A DNA stretch of 46,553 bases from an uncultured Candidatus Saccharibacteria bacterium (GTDB lineage: Bacteria > Patescibacteriota > Minisyncoccia > Phycocordibacterales > UBA9973), in the NCBI GenBank assembly GCA_964426555.1, contig CAYRQJ010000002.1:114837-161389 (forward strand). The letters are read 5' to 3'. A program made the translations under genes and the position numbers. Shown here in pieces: positions 8,154 through 16,045 of this stretch. The notes under the pieces were generated by a model. It was not told the origin of the DNA. It made no database searches and saw only the letters and a list, made by a program, of their open reading frames with translations. Within the stretch, counting starts at the first letter, position 1, and each line of letters begins with the position of its first letter.

Positions 8154-10001
8154 ATGTCAACACTAACAAAAAAACAAAAACAAGTCTTTGATTTTATAAA
8201 CACTTATATAGCCGAAAATGGTATCTCTCCTACTATGGATGAAATTAGAATAAATTTAAAATTAAAAGCAGTTTCTACTATACACGAACATATATTGTCT
8301 TTACAAAAAAAAGGTTTTTTATTTAAAGAAGTAAATTCGACAAGAGGAATTTTACCTAAAAAGGAAATAAAATCTATTATAGAAATTCCAATTCTTGGAA
8401 GAATTAAAGCTGGATATCCTCTTGAAGCAATAGAAGAAAAAGAAGGAACGATTTCTATTATAAATAATAAAATCAATTCACCAAAAGATTATTACGCTCT
8501 TAGGGTAGTTGGAGATTCCATGATAGATGACGGAATTTTTGATGGAGATATTGTGATTATAAAAAAACAGTCAACAGCTGATGATGGACAAACAGTTGTG
8601 GCTATAATTGATGAAAATGAAGCAACTCTAAAAAAAATTTATAGAGAAAAAAATCAATTTAGACTAGAACCAAGAAACCCAAATATGTTGCCTTTTTTTA
8701 GGAAAGAAGTAGAAATTAGAGGTATTGTAATTGAAATTATTAGAAATATTGAAACATCAAATATCTATAATTTAAAAAAATACAACGACTTAAAAAGTTT
8801 TTTTGATAAATTAAATTTCCAAAAAGAACATTTTGTAAATTCCAATGATATTTGTACACCAATGGGATGTGTTGAAGAAATGGTTAATATGATACCTGAA
8901 GATTTCTGGCTAACTAAAGGTTTAAAAATACTTGATCCATGTGCAGGTAATGGTAATTTTCATGCATATATTGCAACAAAAACTAATTTAAATAATTTAT
9001 ACTTCAATGAAATAAATAAAAAAAGAATTAATAATATTAAAAAAATCTTTGGTGATTCTGCAAAGATTACAGATAAGGATTTTTTACTATTTGACGAAAA
9101 AGAAGAATATGATTTAGTTGTAGCGAACCCACCTTATGCTAAATTTACAAATGGAGAAAGAACTGCCAAGAACCATAACTTATCTAGAGATTTTATACTA
9201 AAAGCTCTTAATGTTACAAAAAAAGATGGATATATTTTATTTATTGCGCCAGACAATTGGATGTCTTATGCTGATAATAATAAAATCCCGGAAATTTTAA
9301 GTAAATATCAATTTATTTATTTAAACATACATGGTGCAAAAAAATGGTTTCCTGGAGTTGGATCTTCTTTTACTTGGTTTTTGGTAAAAAAATCCCCAAA
9401 CCTTAAAAAATTTACTATATCTAACCATTATAAAATGCCACAAATTGATCAAGTATTATTAGAAAAAAATACGAAATTTATACCTCTTTATTATTCAAAT
9501 TTAGTTAAATCTATTATAAACAAAACCATAAATTCAGAAAAATTAAAATACAAAATTCAAACATCAAGTAATCTGCATAAATATACAAAAAAAGAATATT
9601 TTTCTAAAACAAAAGATTCAAAATTCAAATACAAAATACACCACACACCAAGTCAAACAATTTGGAGTAAAAGTCCACATATATATCAAAATGGGTGGAA
9701 AGTATTTATTTCTTTAACAAATCAATATAGTACTTTTATTGATGAGTGCGGAATGACACAAAGTATAGCTTTTATAAGATGTTCTTCAAAAAAAGAAGCG
9801 GAGGAAATTTCATTAAAATTAAATAATCCCGTATATTTATTTTTAAATAATATTACTAGATATGGCAATTTTAATAATATTAGAGTTTTGCAAAATTTCC
9901 CAGTGTATACAAATTTTAAATTTACAAAAGAAGAAAAAGATTTGATTAAAAAATTTAATAACCTATATTACAATAAAAATAGAGCGCGCTTATTTAACTA
10001 A
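8154..10001 (+). CDS. LexA repressor (wHTH + S24 autopeptidase) fused to a gamma-class N6-adenine DNA methyltransferase
   Basis: ATG at 8154 (the track start at 8076 is TTG). Residues 1-200 are LexA-like: LTKKQKQVFDFI...GISPTMDEI...HILSLQKKGF, cleavage context LGRIKAGYP (Ala86-Gly87), VVGDSM (Ser122) and EATLKK (Lys160). Residues ~230-615 are MTase-like: motif I ILDPCAGNGNFH and motif IV LVVANPPYA (NPPY codons from 9126). Confidence 0.8.
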   Translation: MSTLTKKQKQVFDFINTYIAENGISPTMDEIRINLKLKAVSTIHEHILSLQKKGFLFKEVNSTRGILPKKEIKSIIEIPILGRIKAGYPLEAIEEKEGTISIINNKINSPKDYYALRVVGDSMIDDGIFDGDIVIIKKQSTADDGQTVVAIIDENEATLKKIYREKNQFRLEPRNPNMLPFFRKEVEIRGIVIEIIRNIETSNIYNLKKYNDLKSFFDKLNFQKEHFVNSNDICTPMGCVEEMVNMIPEDFWLTKGLKILDPCAGNGNFHAYIATKTNLNNLYFNEINKKRINNIKKIFGDSAKITDKDFLLFDEKEEYDLVVANPPYAKFTNGERTAKNHNLSRDFILKALNVTKKDGYILFIAPDNWMSYADNNKIPEILSKYQFIYLNIHGAKKWFPGVGSSFTWFLVKKSPNLKKFTISNHYKMPQIDQVLLEKNTKFIPLYYSNLVKSIINKTINSEKLKYKIQTSSNLHKYTKKEYFSKTKDSKFKYKIHHTPSQTIWSKSPHIYQNGWKVFISLTNQYSTFIDECGMTQSIAFIRCSSKKEAEEISLKLNNPVYLFLNNITRYGNFNNIRVLQNFPVYTNFKFTKEEKDLIKKFNNLYYNKNRARLFN

Positions 10002-10495
10002 GACTGTGTACACATTATTGGTAATTTTTTTTGTTTTTTAAGTGAAGTTAATAATTTTTTTTCAAATCTTTTTGCTGGTAAGGCTATTATTTCTTCTTCT
10101 CCAAAAACATCCATTTTTATTTCTGGTGGGAAAAAACCATAAACTTTCACAATTTCATCAATTTTTAATAAACTTTGTAGCACAAAATAATTAGTAACAG
10201 AACATGTTCCTTTGTCTCTATAGGCTTTTTTACCACAATTATAAGAGCGAATTCTATCCTTAAATGAAGTTGTGGCGCTACCAATTTTTATTACTTCACC
10301 CTCCAAAACAAAAACATAGAGTATCCCTTTTTTATTAACTAAGCTGGTATTTGAATTTGAAATAATTATTTTTTCTTCTTTTTTGAAAGGTACAATATCA
10401 CATACAAACAAAAAGTGTCCTTTATGACTAAAATCTTTAAAATTCATTTGGTCAACAATATCTTTTTTACTAAGAATTATATCAGTTTTATTCAT
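9998..10495 (-). CDS. small GIY-YIG-like protein, candidate nuclease partner of the methyltransferase
   Basis: 165 aa; KKGILYVFVLEGEVIKIGSATTSFKDRIRSY fits GIY...YIG...R spacing, with a later acidic residue in RFEKKLL. Its stop overlaps the MTase stop (convergent). The function call is tentative. Confidence 0.5.
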   Translation of the reverse strand: MNKTDIILSKKDIVDQMNFKDFSHKGHFLFVCDIVPFKKEEKIIISNSNTSLVNKKGILYVFVLEGEVIKIGSATTSFKDRIRSYNCGKKAYRDKGTCSVTNYFVLQSLLKIDEIVKVYGFFPPEIKMDVFGEEEIIALPAKRFEKKLLTSLKKQKKLPIMCTQS

Positions 10496-10561
10496 GTTAT
10501 TAATCTTTAATTATAATAAACCAATCCTACCACAAAACTAGCCCAATGAGTTAACACCCAA

Positions 10562-11425
10562 TTACTCTACCGGACAGGTATTTTTGCCCATGGCTTGGTA
10601 TACAAAACACCAGCTAAAGACGGCTTGAAATACCACTACACCTGAGACAAAGATTAAAATCATGCTCCATGTTGTAAGCATCGCAATTAATAGCAAAGCT
10701 ATACCCACACCGGCGCGAATTAGGCGACCCCTTTTATTTATATTTCTTTGGCCGGTTATACCTGCGGTATTTTTGCCAAACTTTTTAAATACTAATCGCA
10801 ATACAAAACCAAATATAAATGCCAATACATACATGACCAGTATCATCCCCCAGCCAAATGGAGATTTGATAAAACCTATTGGTGAACTACCAAAAAAATC
10901 TTTTTTTAATTTTGGTATTATGGTTAGTGCATTCATTCCTTCTTTTTGGTCGAAGGCTTCAAGCTGGCCAATGGCTAGTGAATATTTACTGTCATTGTTG
11001 GGGCTGGATACTGTAATTTCATAAATACCGGCAGTAGCGCGGGATTTGTATTCGGGACCCATCCAGTATGTGTCGGCGCCAAAAGGTTCGTAAAATTTGG
11101 TCCAGGTATGTGTGGGACCCGCGAGTGTAGCGAGCGGGCCTGTGTCGCCCACTTTTACAACTGTTGCCGATACGTCTTTCTTTTGCCCAGCAATGTCTGG
11201 CACCAGTACGTTTACATACAAATCAAAATCTTTGTCGGAATTTATAACATACACATCGGGTACGCCAGCAAGCTTTGCATAATAAGCTTTAGAAATTTCG
11301 GGACTGGGCACCTGTGTTAAACGGCTTTCGGTAATGCGTGGCTGGTGAGCCAAAGCAAATACAGGTAATATTAAAATACCAAAAGCGATAATTAGGAATT
11401 TATTTATGTGAGTAATTTTTTTCAT
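10562..11425 (-). CDS. exported protein with C-terminal DUF2892 (YgaP-like) membrane domain
   Basis: Signal peptide MKKITHINKFLIIAFGILILPVFALA. The C-terminus RLIRAGVGIALLLIAMLTTW...FSWCFVYQAMGKNTCP is DUF2892-like. Confidence 0.6.
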   Translation of the reverse strand: MKKITHINKFLIIAFGILILPVFALAHQPRITESRLTQVPSPEISKAYYAKLAGVPDVYVINSDKDFDLYVNVLVPDIAGQKKDVSATVVKVGDTGPLATLAGPTHTWTKFYEPFGADTYWMGPEYKSRATAGIYEITVSSPNNDSKYSLAIGQLEAFDQKEGMNALTIIPKLKKDFFGSSPIGFIKSPFGWGMILVMYVLAFIFGFVLRLVFKKFGKNTAGITGQRNINKRGRLIRAGVGIALLLIAMLTTWSMILIFVSGVVVFQAVFSWCFVYQAMGKNTCPVE

Positions 11426-11426
11426 T

Positions 11427-11894
11427 TTAATTTTTTAAATACTTACAAAAGTTTGTTTCATTAAAACTATAACCTTGTTCAATTTGATTTCGATCAATAC
11501 TAAAATATTCTGGCCTGATATATGCGCCCATGTCACCATAATAAGCTATTCCGGCATTGTCGCTAACTCGTATATACGAAATCCGTGGTGGTAATGACGG
11601 AGAATCCTGTTCGTGAACAATTTTTACTTTACCATCACACATATATGTAGTTGTGATTTTAGTGTCTGGGTTTTTAATATCTGGAACTTGAACTTTTTGC
11701 TCATCATATTTTTGTATATCTGTCACATTGTTGTTTTGTATTGGCAGATTTGTATTTTCTATATTCGTTTTAATATAGCTATCGCTAATGGTGTCATTTT
11801 TTAAAGCATTATTATCAAAAGATTTTTTAGCTACAAAATACCCAAACCCTGCAAGAACTAAGATTACTAAAATTATGATTAGAGTTTTTTTCAT
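11427..11894 (-). CDS. membrane-anchored hypothetical protein
   Basis: 155 aa; N-terminal TM MKKTLIIILVILVLAGFGYFV. No family recognised. Confidence 0.55.
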   Translation of the reverse strand: MKKTLIIILVILVLAGFGYFVAKKSFDNNALKNDTISDSYIKTNIENTNLPIQNNNVTDIQKYDEQKVQVPDIKNPDTKITTTYMCDGKVKIVHEQDSPSLPPRISYIRVSDNAGIAYYGDMGAYIRPEYFSIDRNQIEQGYSFNETNFCKYLKN

Positions 11895-11916
11895 AGATTA
11901 ATTATTTAACGAATAT

Positions 11917-12195
11917 TTAGACACCCCATATAGGTCTTGTTGTTAACATATATAAAAACCAAAAAATTATGCTTATAAATATAAAATACTCTAATGCTAA
12001 AAAAACCAAAGCCACTTTATATATTTTTTTATTTTTAGTAAAAAAAACTGTAATAGGAAATATCCCTAAAAGCATGATGTAATAATTTATATACTGATTG
12101 TTCATATTTATAAAATACAAAATAAAACCACCAATTCCTATTAGGCTAATTATTTTTACAAATAAGCTTTTTTTAAACTCTTGATTTGTTCCCAT
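11917..12195 (-). CDS. small integral membrane protein
   Basis: 92 aa with three hydrophobic segments. No family recognised. Confidence 0.45.
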   Translation of the reverse strand: MGTNQEFKKSLFVKIISLIGIGGFILYFINMNNQYINYYIMLLGIFPITVFFTKNKKIYKVALVFLALEYFIFISIIFWFLYMLTTRPIWGV

Positions 12196-12228
12196 ATATC
12201 TTAGTTTACCACAAATCCAAAGGGTTGA

Positions 12229-12459
12229 TTAATTTGATGTTTCGGTAAATTCAGCTTCGCGGACGTGAAATGCTGGTTTTTTAGGGATTATAAATTTACA
12301 AATATAATATGCAAAAGCACATGGAATAATACCAGTAATAATAGTTACAAAAACAAAACCTGTTCGTAGTAAGACTGGGTCAACATTATAGTATTCTCCT
12401 AACCCACCCAAAATTCCGGCAAATATCTTGTTGTTACTGCTTTTATATAAGTGTTTCAT
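12229..12459 (-). CDS. PspC domain protein
   Basis: LYKSSNNKIFAGILGGLGEYYNVDPVLLRTGFV is the PspC domain signature. Confidence 0.8.
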   Translation of the reverse strand: MKHLYKSSNNKIFAGILGGLGEYYNVDPVLLRTGFVFVTIITGIIPCAFAYYICKFIIPKKPAFHVREAEFTETSN

Positions 12460-12587
12460 CCCGATATTAAAATTTATTTATAATTGTTATCATGACCTTT
12501 TATTTTTTACCATTAATTTTTTTATTACTTATTTGTACTAATCATAAATTTAATACGGGACAAGTACATTATTTTATTATAGCATTT

Positions 12588-13421
12588 CTAACTTCTAAAA
12601 TCTTTTAATGCTTTACTAATATCGTTACCATTATTTTTTAAAAGCTTTACGGCGTCAGCATAAGAAAGTTTTGTTTTTTCCATAACAGTACGGATTCCAC
12701 GCTGAACCAGCTTGTCGTTACTTAACTTCATATGGGTCATTTTATTGCCTTCTACACGGCCAATTTTTATCATGGCTGTGGTTGTGATCATGTTTAAAAT
12801 TAGCTTTTGAGCTGTTCCTGATTTCATTCGTGTACTACCAGTAATAAATTCTGGACCAACTATAGTTTCCACAGGATAATTTGAATTTTTAGCAACCACA
12901 CTGTTTTTACTACATACAATACAGCCTGTGGTTATGCCCCGCTGCTGGCATTTTTGCAAAGCCCCCAGTACATACGGAGTGCGCCCGCTGGCAGTAATAC
13001 CAATTACAATATCTTTTTTATTAATTTTGTATTTTGTTAAATCTTTAAAACCAGCCGTTAAACTATCTTCAGCTTTTTCTACTGATGTACGAATAGCACC
13101 ATCTCCGCCAGCAATAAGGCCAACTACCATACCATGTGGCACACCGTATGTAGGTGGGCATTCGCTGGCATCAACTATACCCAGTCTACCGCTGGTACCA
13201 GACCCAACATAAAAAATACGCCCGTTGTTTTGCAAAGCTTCCACACATTTTTCCGCAAGCTTTTTTATTTGAGGTAAAGATTTTTTTACTGAGGTAGCTA
13301 CTGTTTGATCTTCTTTATTTATATTAGTTAAAATTTCAATAACACTCATTTTTTCAATGTTGTTATAGTTAGAATCTTTTTCGGTAGATATTTGAGTTAA
13401 ATCAATTTTACTTTTATTCAT
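12588..13421 (-). CDS. murQ: N-acetylmuramic acid 6-phosphate etherase
   Basis: 277 aa SIS-domain protein; GRIFYVGSGTSGRLGIVDASECPPTYGV and GITASGRTPYV are typical of MurQ. Confidence 0.85.
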   Translation of the reverse strand: MNKSKIDLTQISTEKDSNYNNIEKMSVIEILTNINKEDQTVATSVKKSLPQIKKLAEKCVEALQNNGRIFYVGSGTSGRLGIVDASECPPTYGVPHGMVVGLIAGGDGAIRTSVEKAEDSLTAGFKDLTKYKINKKDIVIGITASGRTPYVLGALQKCQQRGITTGCIVCSKNSVVAKNSNYPVETIVGPEFITGSTRMKSGTAQKLILNMITTTAMIKIGRVEGNKMTHMKLSNDKLVQRGIRTVMEKTKLSYADAVKLLKNNGNDISKALKDFRS

Positions 13422-13427
13422 CTATGT

Positions 13428-13456
13428 ATTATATCCCGCAAACAAATTTTAAACAA
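13428..13456 (-). promoter_or_regulatory. sigma70-type promoter giving a leaderless murQ mRNA
   Basis: Minus strand: TTGTTT (13451-13456), 17 nt, TATAAT (13428-13433), 6 nt, ATG (13421). Confidence 0.45.
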
Positions 13457-13508
13457 AAAAAATAACCCCAATTTCTTAGGGCTATTATGTATAGGTCGGA
13501 CCTATACA

Positions 13509-13519
13509 TGTGGATAACT
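13509..13519. promoter_or_regulatory. DnaA-box-like 11-mer TGTGGATAACT (copy 2 of 3)
   Basis: Identical 11-mer 88 nt upstream of the murQ ATG. Immediately preceded by the hairpin ATGTATAGGTC/GACCTATACAT. Confidence 0.3.
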
Positions 13520-13550
13520 ATTGATTTAATTAGTTTTAAACTATTAGGGG

Positions 13551-14042
13551 TTAGCTTAATGTGATTTTTTCTATAATTACAGGAGATAATGGTTTGTCGC
13601 TATGGTCAGTATCAACATTGTTTATAGCTAATACTACTTCCATTCCAGATGTAACATTACCAAATACAGTATGCTTTGAATCCAAGAAATTATTTGGTGC
13701 AACATTAATAAAAAACTGACTACCGTTGGTATTTGGTCCGGAATTAGCCATGGAAATACTGCCAACATCGTTTTTGTTGTTTGCTGTTATTTCATCAGCA
13801 AATTTATAACCGGGCCCGCCTGTTCCCCACAAATTCTTCATACTATCGTCTTTTGAAAGTGGGTCGCCACCTTGGTTCATAAAGTCTGCAATAACACGGT
13901 GGAATTTTGTACCATCATAAAATCCAGCACTTGCTAATTTAACAAAATTTTCTACTGTATTTGGGGTTTCTTGGTTAAAGTTTATAGTAATATCCCCCAT
14001 ATTTGTATGCAATACTGCATTTGTAATTTTTTCCATACGCAC
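13551..14042 (-). CDS. ppiB: cyclophilin-type peptidyl-prolyl cis-trans isomerase
   Basis: 163 aa; FHRVIADFMNQGGDP and NSGPNTNGSQFFI motifs. Confidence 0.9.
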   Translation of the reverse strand: MRMEKITNAVLHTNMGDITINFNQETPNTVENFVKLASAGFYDGTKFHRVIADFMNQGGDPLSKDDSMKNLWGTGGPGYKFADEITANNKNDVGSISMANSGPNTNGSQFFINVAPNNFLDSKHTVFGNVTSGMEVVLAINNVDTDHSDKPLSPVIIEKITLS

Positions 14043-14066
14043 ATATTAGCATAAAAAATATAATAC

Positions 14067-14097
14067 AAAAAACCTCTCGATAGATGAGAGGTTTTTT
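14067..14097. terminator. bidirectional hairpin terminator
   Basis: AAAAAACCTCTC-GATAGAT-GAGAGGTTTTTT. Confidence 0.65.
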
Positions 14098-14112
14098 GAA
14101 GAAAAAATTAGT

Positions 14113-14793
14113 TTATTTTTTCTTTGGAGCTGATTTTTTTGCAGCAGGTTTAGCTGTAACTTTTTTAGTTTCAACTTTTTTTGCTACTGCTTTTGCTGGA
14201 GCTTTTTTTGCTTCAACTTTTTTTGTTGGGGCAATTGCTTTTGGTTTAGCAACTTTTGCTGGAGCTGATTTAGTAGACTGAGCTTTATCAACAATAGTTT
14301 TTAAAGAATCTTTACTTGCTGGTACTGCTGTAGGAAATGGAGTAGCTTGTATCATTTTAATAACTGCATCCAATTTACTACTGATAGTATCTATTTGTTT
14401 TTTTAATTCAAATATTGCTTTGTCGTCCCCACCACCGGCTGGCTTAGAATAAGCAGGCTTTGAAGAGAAATCTCTAGCTGGACGGTCTGCACGGTCTCCG
14501 CGATCATTTCTGTCGCCACGGTCGTTAGAAAATGACCCATCTCTTTTACTACCAAAACAGTCGTTACAGTATACTGGCTTTTCACCTGTAGGGCGAAAAG
14601 GGACTTCACATCTCTTTCCACATTCACTACATGTTGCTTGGTGCATAGTTACTTCACTACGGCCACCTCCGAAACCTCCACGGTCTCCGCCACGACCACC
14701 ACGGTCGCCGCCAAATTTACTACCGCCACCAAAATTTGATCTAGGACGATCACTGCCGCCACCAAATCTATTGCCTCCTTTAAAATCTTTCAT
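14113..14793 (-). CDS. CxxC-x17-CxxC zinc-ribbon protein with RGG-rich N-terminus and Lys/Ala-rich tail
   Basis: CSECGKRCEVPFRPTGEKPVYCNDC core. N-terminal GGxRxxFGGG repeats. C-terminal AKKAPAKAVAKKVETKKVTAKPAAKK histone-H1-like tail. Confidence 0.75.
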   Translation of the reverse strand: MKDFKGGNRFGGGSDRPRSNFGGGSKFGGDRGGRGGDRGGFGGGRSEVTMHQATCSECGKRCEVPFRPTGEKPVYCNDCFGSKRDGSFSNDRGDRNDRGDRADRPARDFSSKPAYSKPAGGGDDKAIFELKKQIDTISSKLDAVIKMIQATPFPTAVPASKDSLKTIVDKAQSTKSAPAKVAKPKAIAPTKKVEAKKAPAKAVAKKVETKKVTAKPAAKKSAPKKK

Positions 14794-14864
14794 TTAATTA
14801 AAATTATTTATTAGCTAATACGAAACTATGTGCCAATTATGGCATTTTTATTAGAAAAAGTCAA

Positions 14865-15818
14865 CTACTTGTCCCAATTAAAATTATTTCCATAGTGCCC
14901 CCATGTACATGTATCAGTAAATTTTACATTCTTTAAATTTAAAAATTCTCTTATTCCAGATGGAGACAAATCATAATCGGTAATTTCAATAGTCTTTTCT
15001 AGATTATTTTTATCTACTATTACTGCTTGCGCCATTACGGGTTCGGCTTTACCAATAGCATAAGCTAATTTTACAAATACATGCTGTGTATTATATTTTT
15101 GTAAATAGTCTACTGCAATTTTGCGTGCCATATATGCCCCACTACGGTCTACTTTTGTATAATCTTTACCACTGTATGACCCACCACCAATAGAGATTTC
15201 TGGACCATAGTTGTCGACTATTAGTTTGCGTCCTGAAAGACCAGTGTCTGCATCGAACCCGCCCATAGACCACTCTCCAGCGGGATTGATTAAATATTCT
15301 TGCGCTGGGATTATAGTTTTTACCAAATCTAGTAGCTCTGCACTATTTGAATTTTGGAAACTGGCAACTACAGTTTTGACACTGCCGTCGTCATTTATTG
15401 TAACCTGAGTTTTACCATCGTATGGGTACACTGCATAAATCTTGCGACACAAATTACGAGCTAATTCGTATTCCAATGGAACAAAATTGGACGTACTAGA
15501 CGTTGCATAGCCACACATGATGCCTTGGTCTCCGGCGCCACCAGTATCAACCCCACGAGCAATTTCAGGGCTTTGCAAAGCAATATTTGAGATAACTCGA
15601 TAATCTATACCTACAATATTTTGTACAATACTTTCTATGTTTATATTTGCACTACTGGTAACTTCACCATTTATAGTTACAAGATTGTGTCCACCCATTA
15701 CTTCTACAGCAACACGGCTATTCAAGTCTTCGGCTAAATACGCATCTAAAATAGAATCTGCAATATAGTCACAAATTTTATCTGGATGTAGAGGGCTTAC
15801 AAATTCTGCTGTTTTCAT
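14865..15818 (-). CDS. metK: S-adenosylmethionine synthetase
   Basis: Start moved to the ATG at 15816-15818 (MKTAEFVSPLHPDKICDYIADSILD). GAGDQGIMCGYA motif present. The track's 51-codon N-terminal extension runs through the riboswitch. Confidence 0.85.
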   Translation of the reverse strand: MKTAEFVSPLHPDKICDYIADSILDAYLAEDLNSRVAVEVMGGHNLVTINGEVTSSANINIESIVQNIVGIDYRVISNIALQSPEIARGVDTGGAGDQGIMCGYATSSTSNFVPLEYELARNLCRKIYAVYPYDGKTQVTINDDGSVKTVVASFQNSNSAELLDLVKTIIPAQEYLINPAGEWSMGGFDADTGLSGRKLIVDNYGPEISIGGGSYSGKDYTKVDRSGAYMARKIAVDYLQKYNTQHVFVKLAYAIGKAEPVMAQAVIVDKNNLEKTIEITDYDLSPSGIREFLNLKNVKFTDTCTWGHYGNNFNWDK

Positions 15819-15861
15819 ATTATTACTTGAACGAACATTTTTAAAAAATGTTTTAGTTATT

Positions 15862-15997
15862 AAAAAATTCCTCTTAATGAGGAAAGATAGAGAGTACAAT
15901 ATCTTTCCGAAATAACGGTTTGGAATTAGCACCTTTGCAAAAGCCAGGTTGCTGTGGGGTCTATGAGCCAAATCTCTACCACCACTCTTGATACAAT
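15862..15997 (-). promoter_or_regulatory. SAM-I (S-box) riboswitch with terminator, in the metK leader
   Basis: Minus strand: UAUCAAGAGUGGUGGUAGAGAUUUGGCUCAUAGACCCCACAGCAACC...AAGGUGCUAAUUCCAAACCGUUAUUUCGGAAAGAUA matches the SAM-I core. Followed by TTCCTC-ATTAA-GAGGAA plus T6 (15862-15884). Confidence 0.8.
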
Positions 15998-16045
15998 ATT
16001 TAATTGTAATTTTACTATAGCAAAAGAATAGTAAAATTCAAAATT

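Noticed and set aside
12460-12587. 128-nt AT-rich gap between murQ and the PspC gene as a possible small RNA
   Set aside because: There are no stable helices, conserved motifs or terminator. The composition is ordinary promoter-type AT-rich spacer.
15819-15971. N-terminal 51-codon extension of the metK ORF in the track
   Set aside because: It overlaps a SAM-I riboswitch and its terminator. The sequence MAHRPHSNLAFAKVLIPNRYFG... has no MetK similarity. The conserved protein starts at the ATG at 15818.
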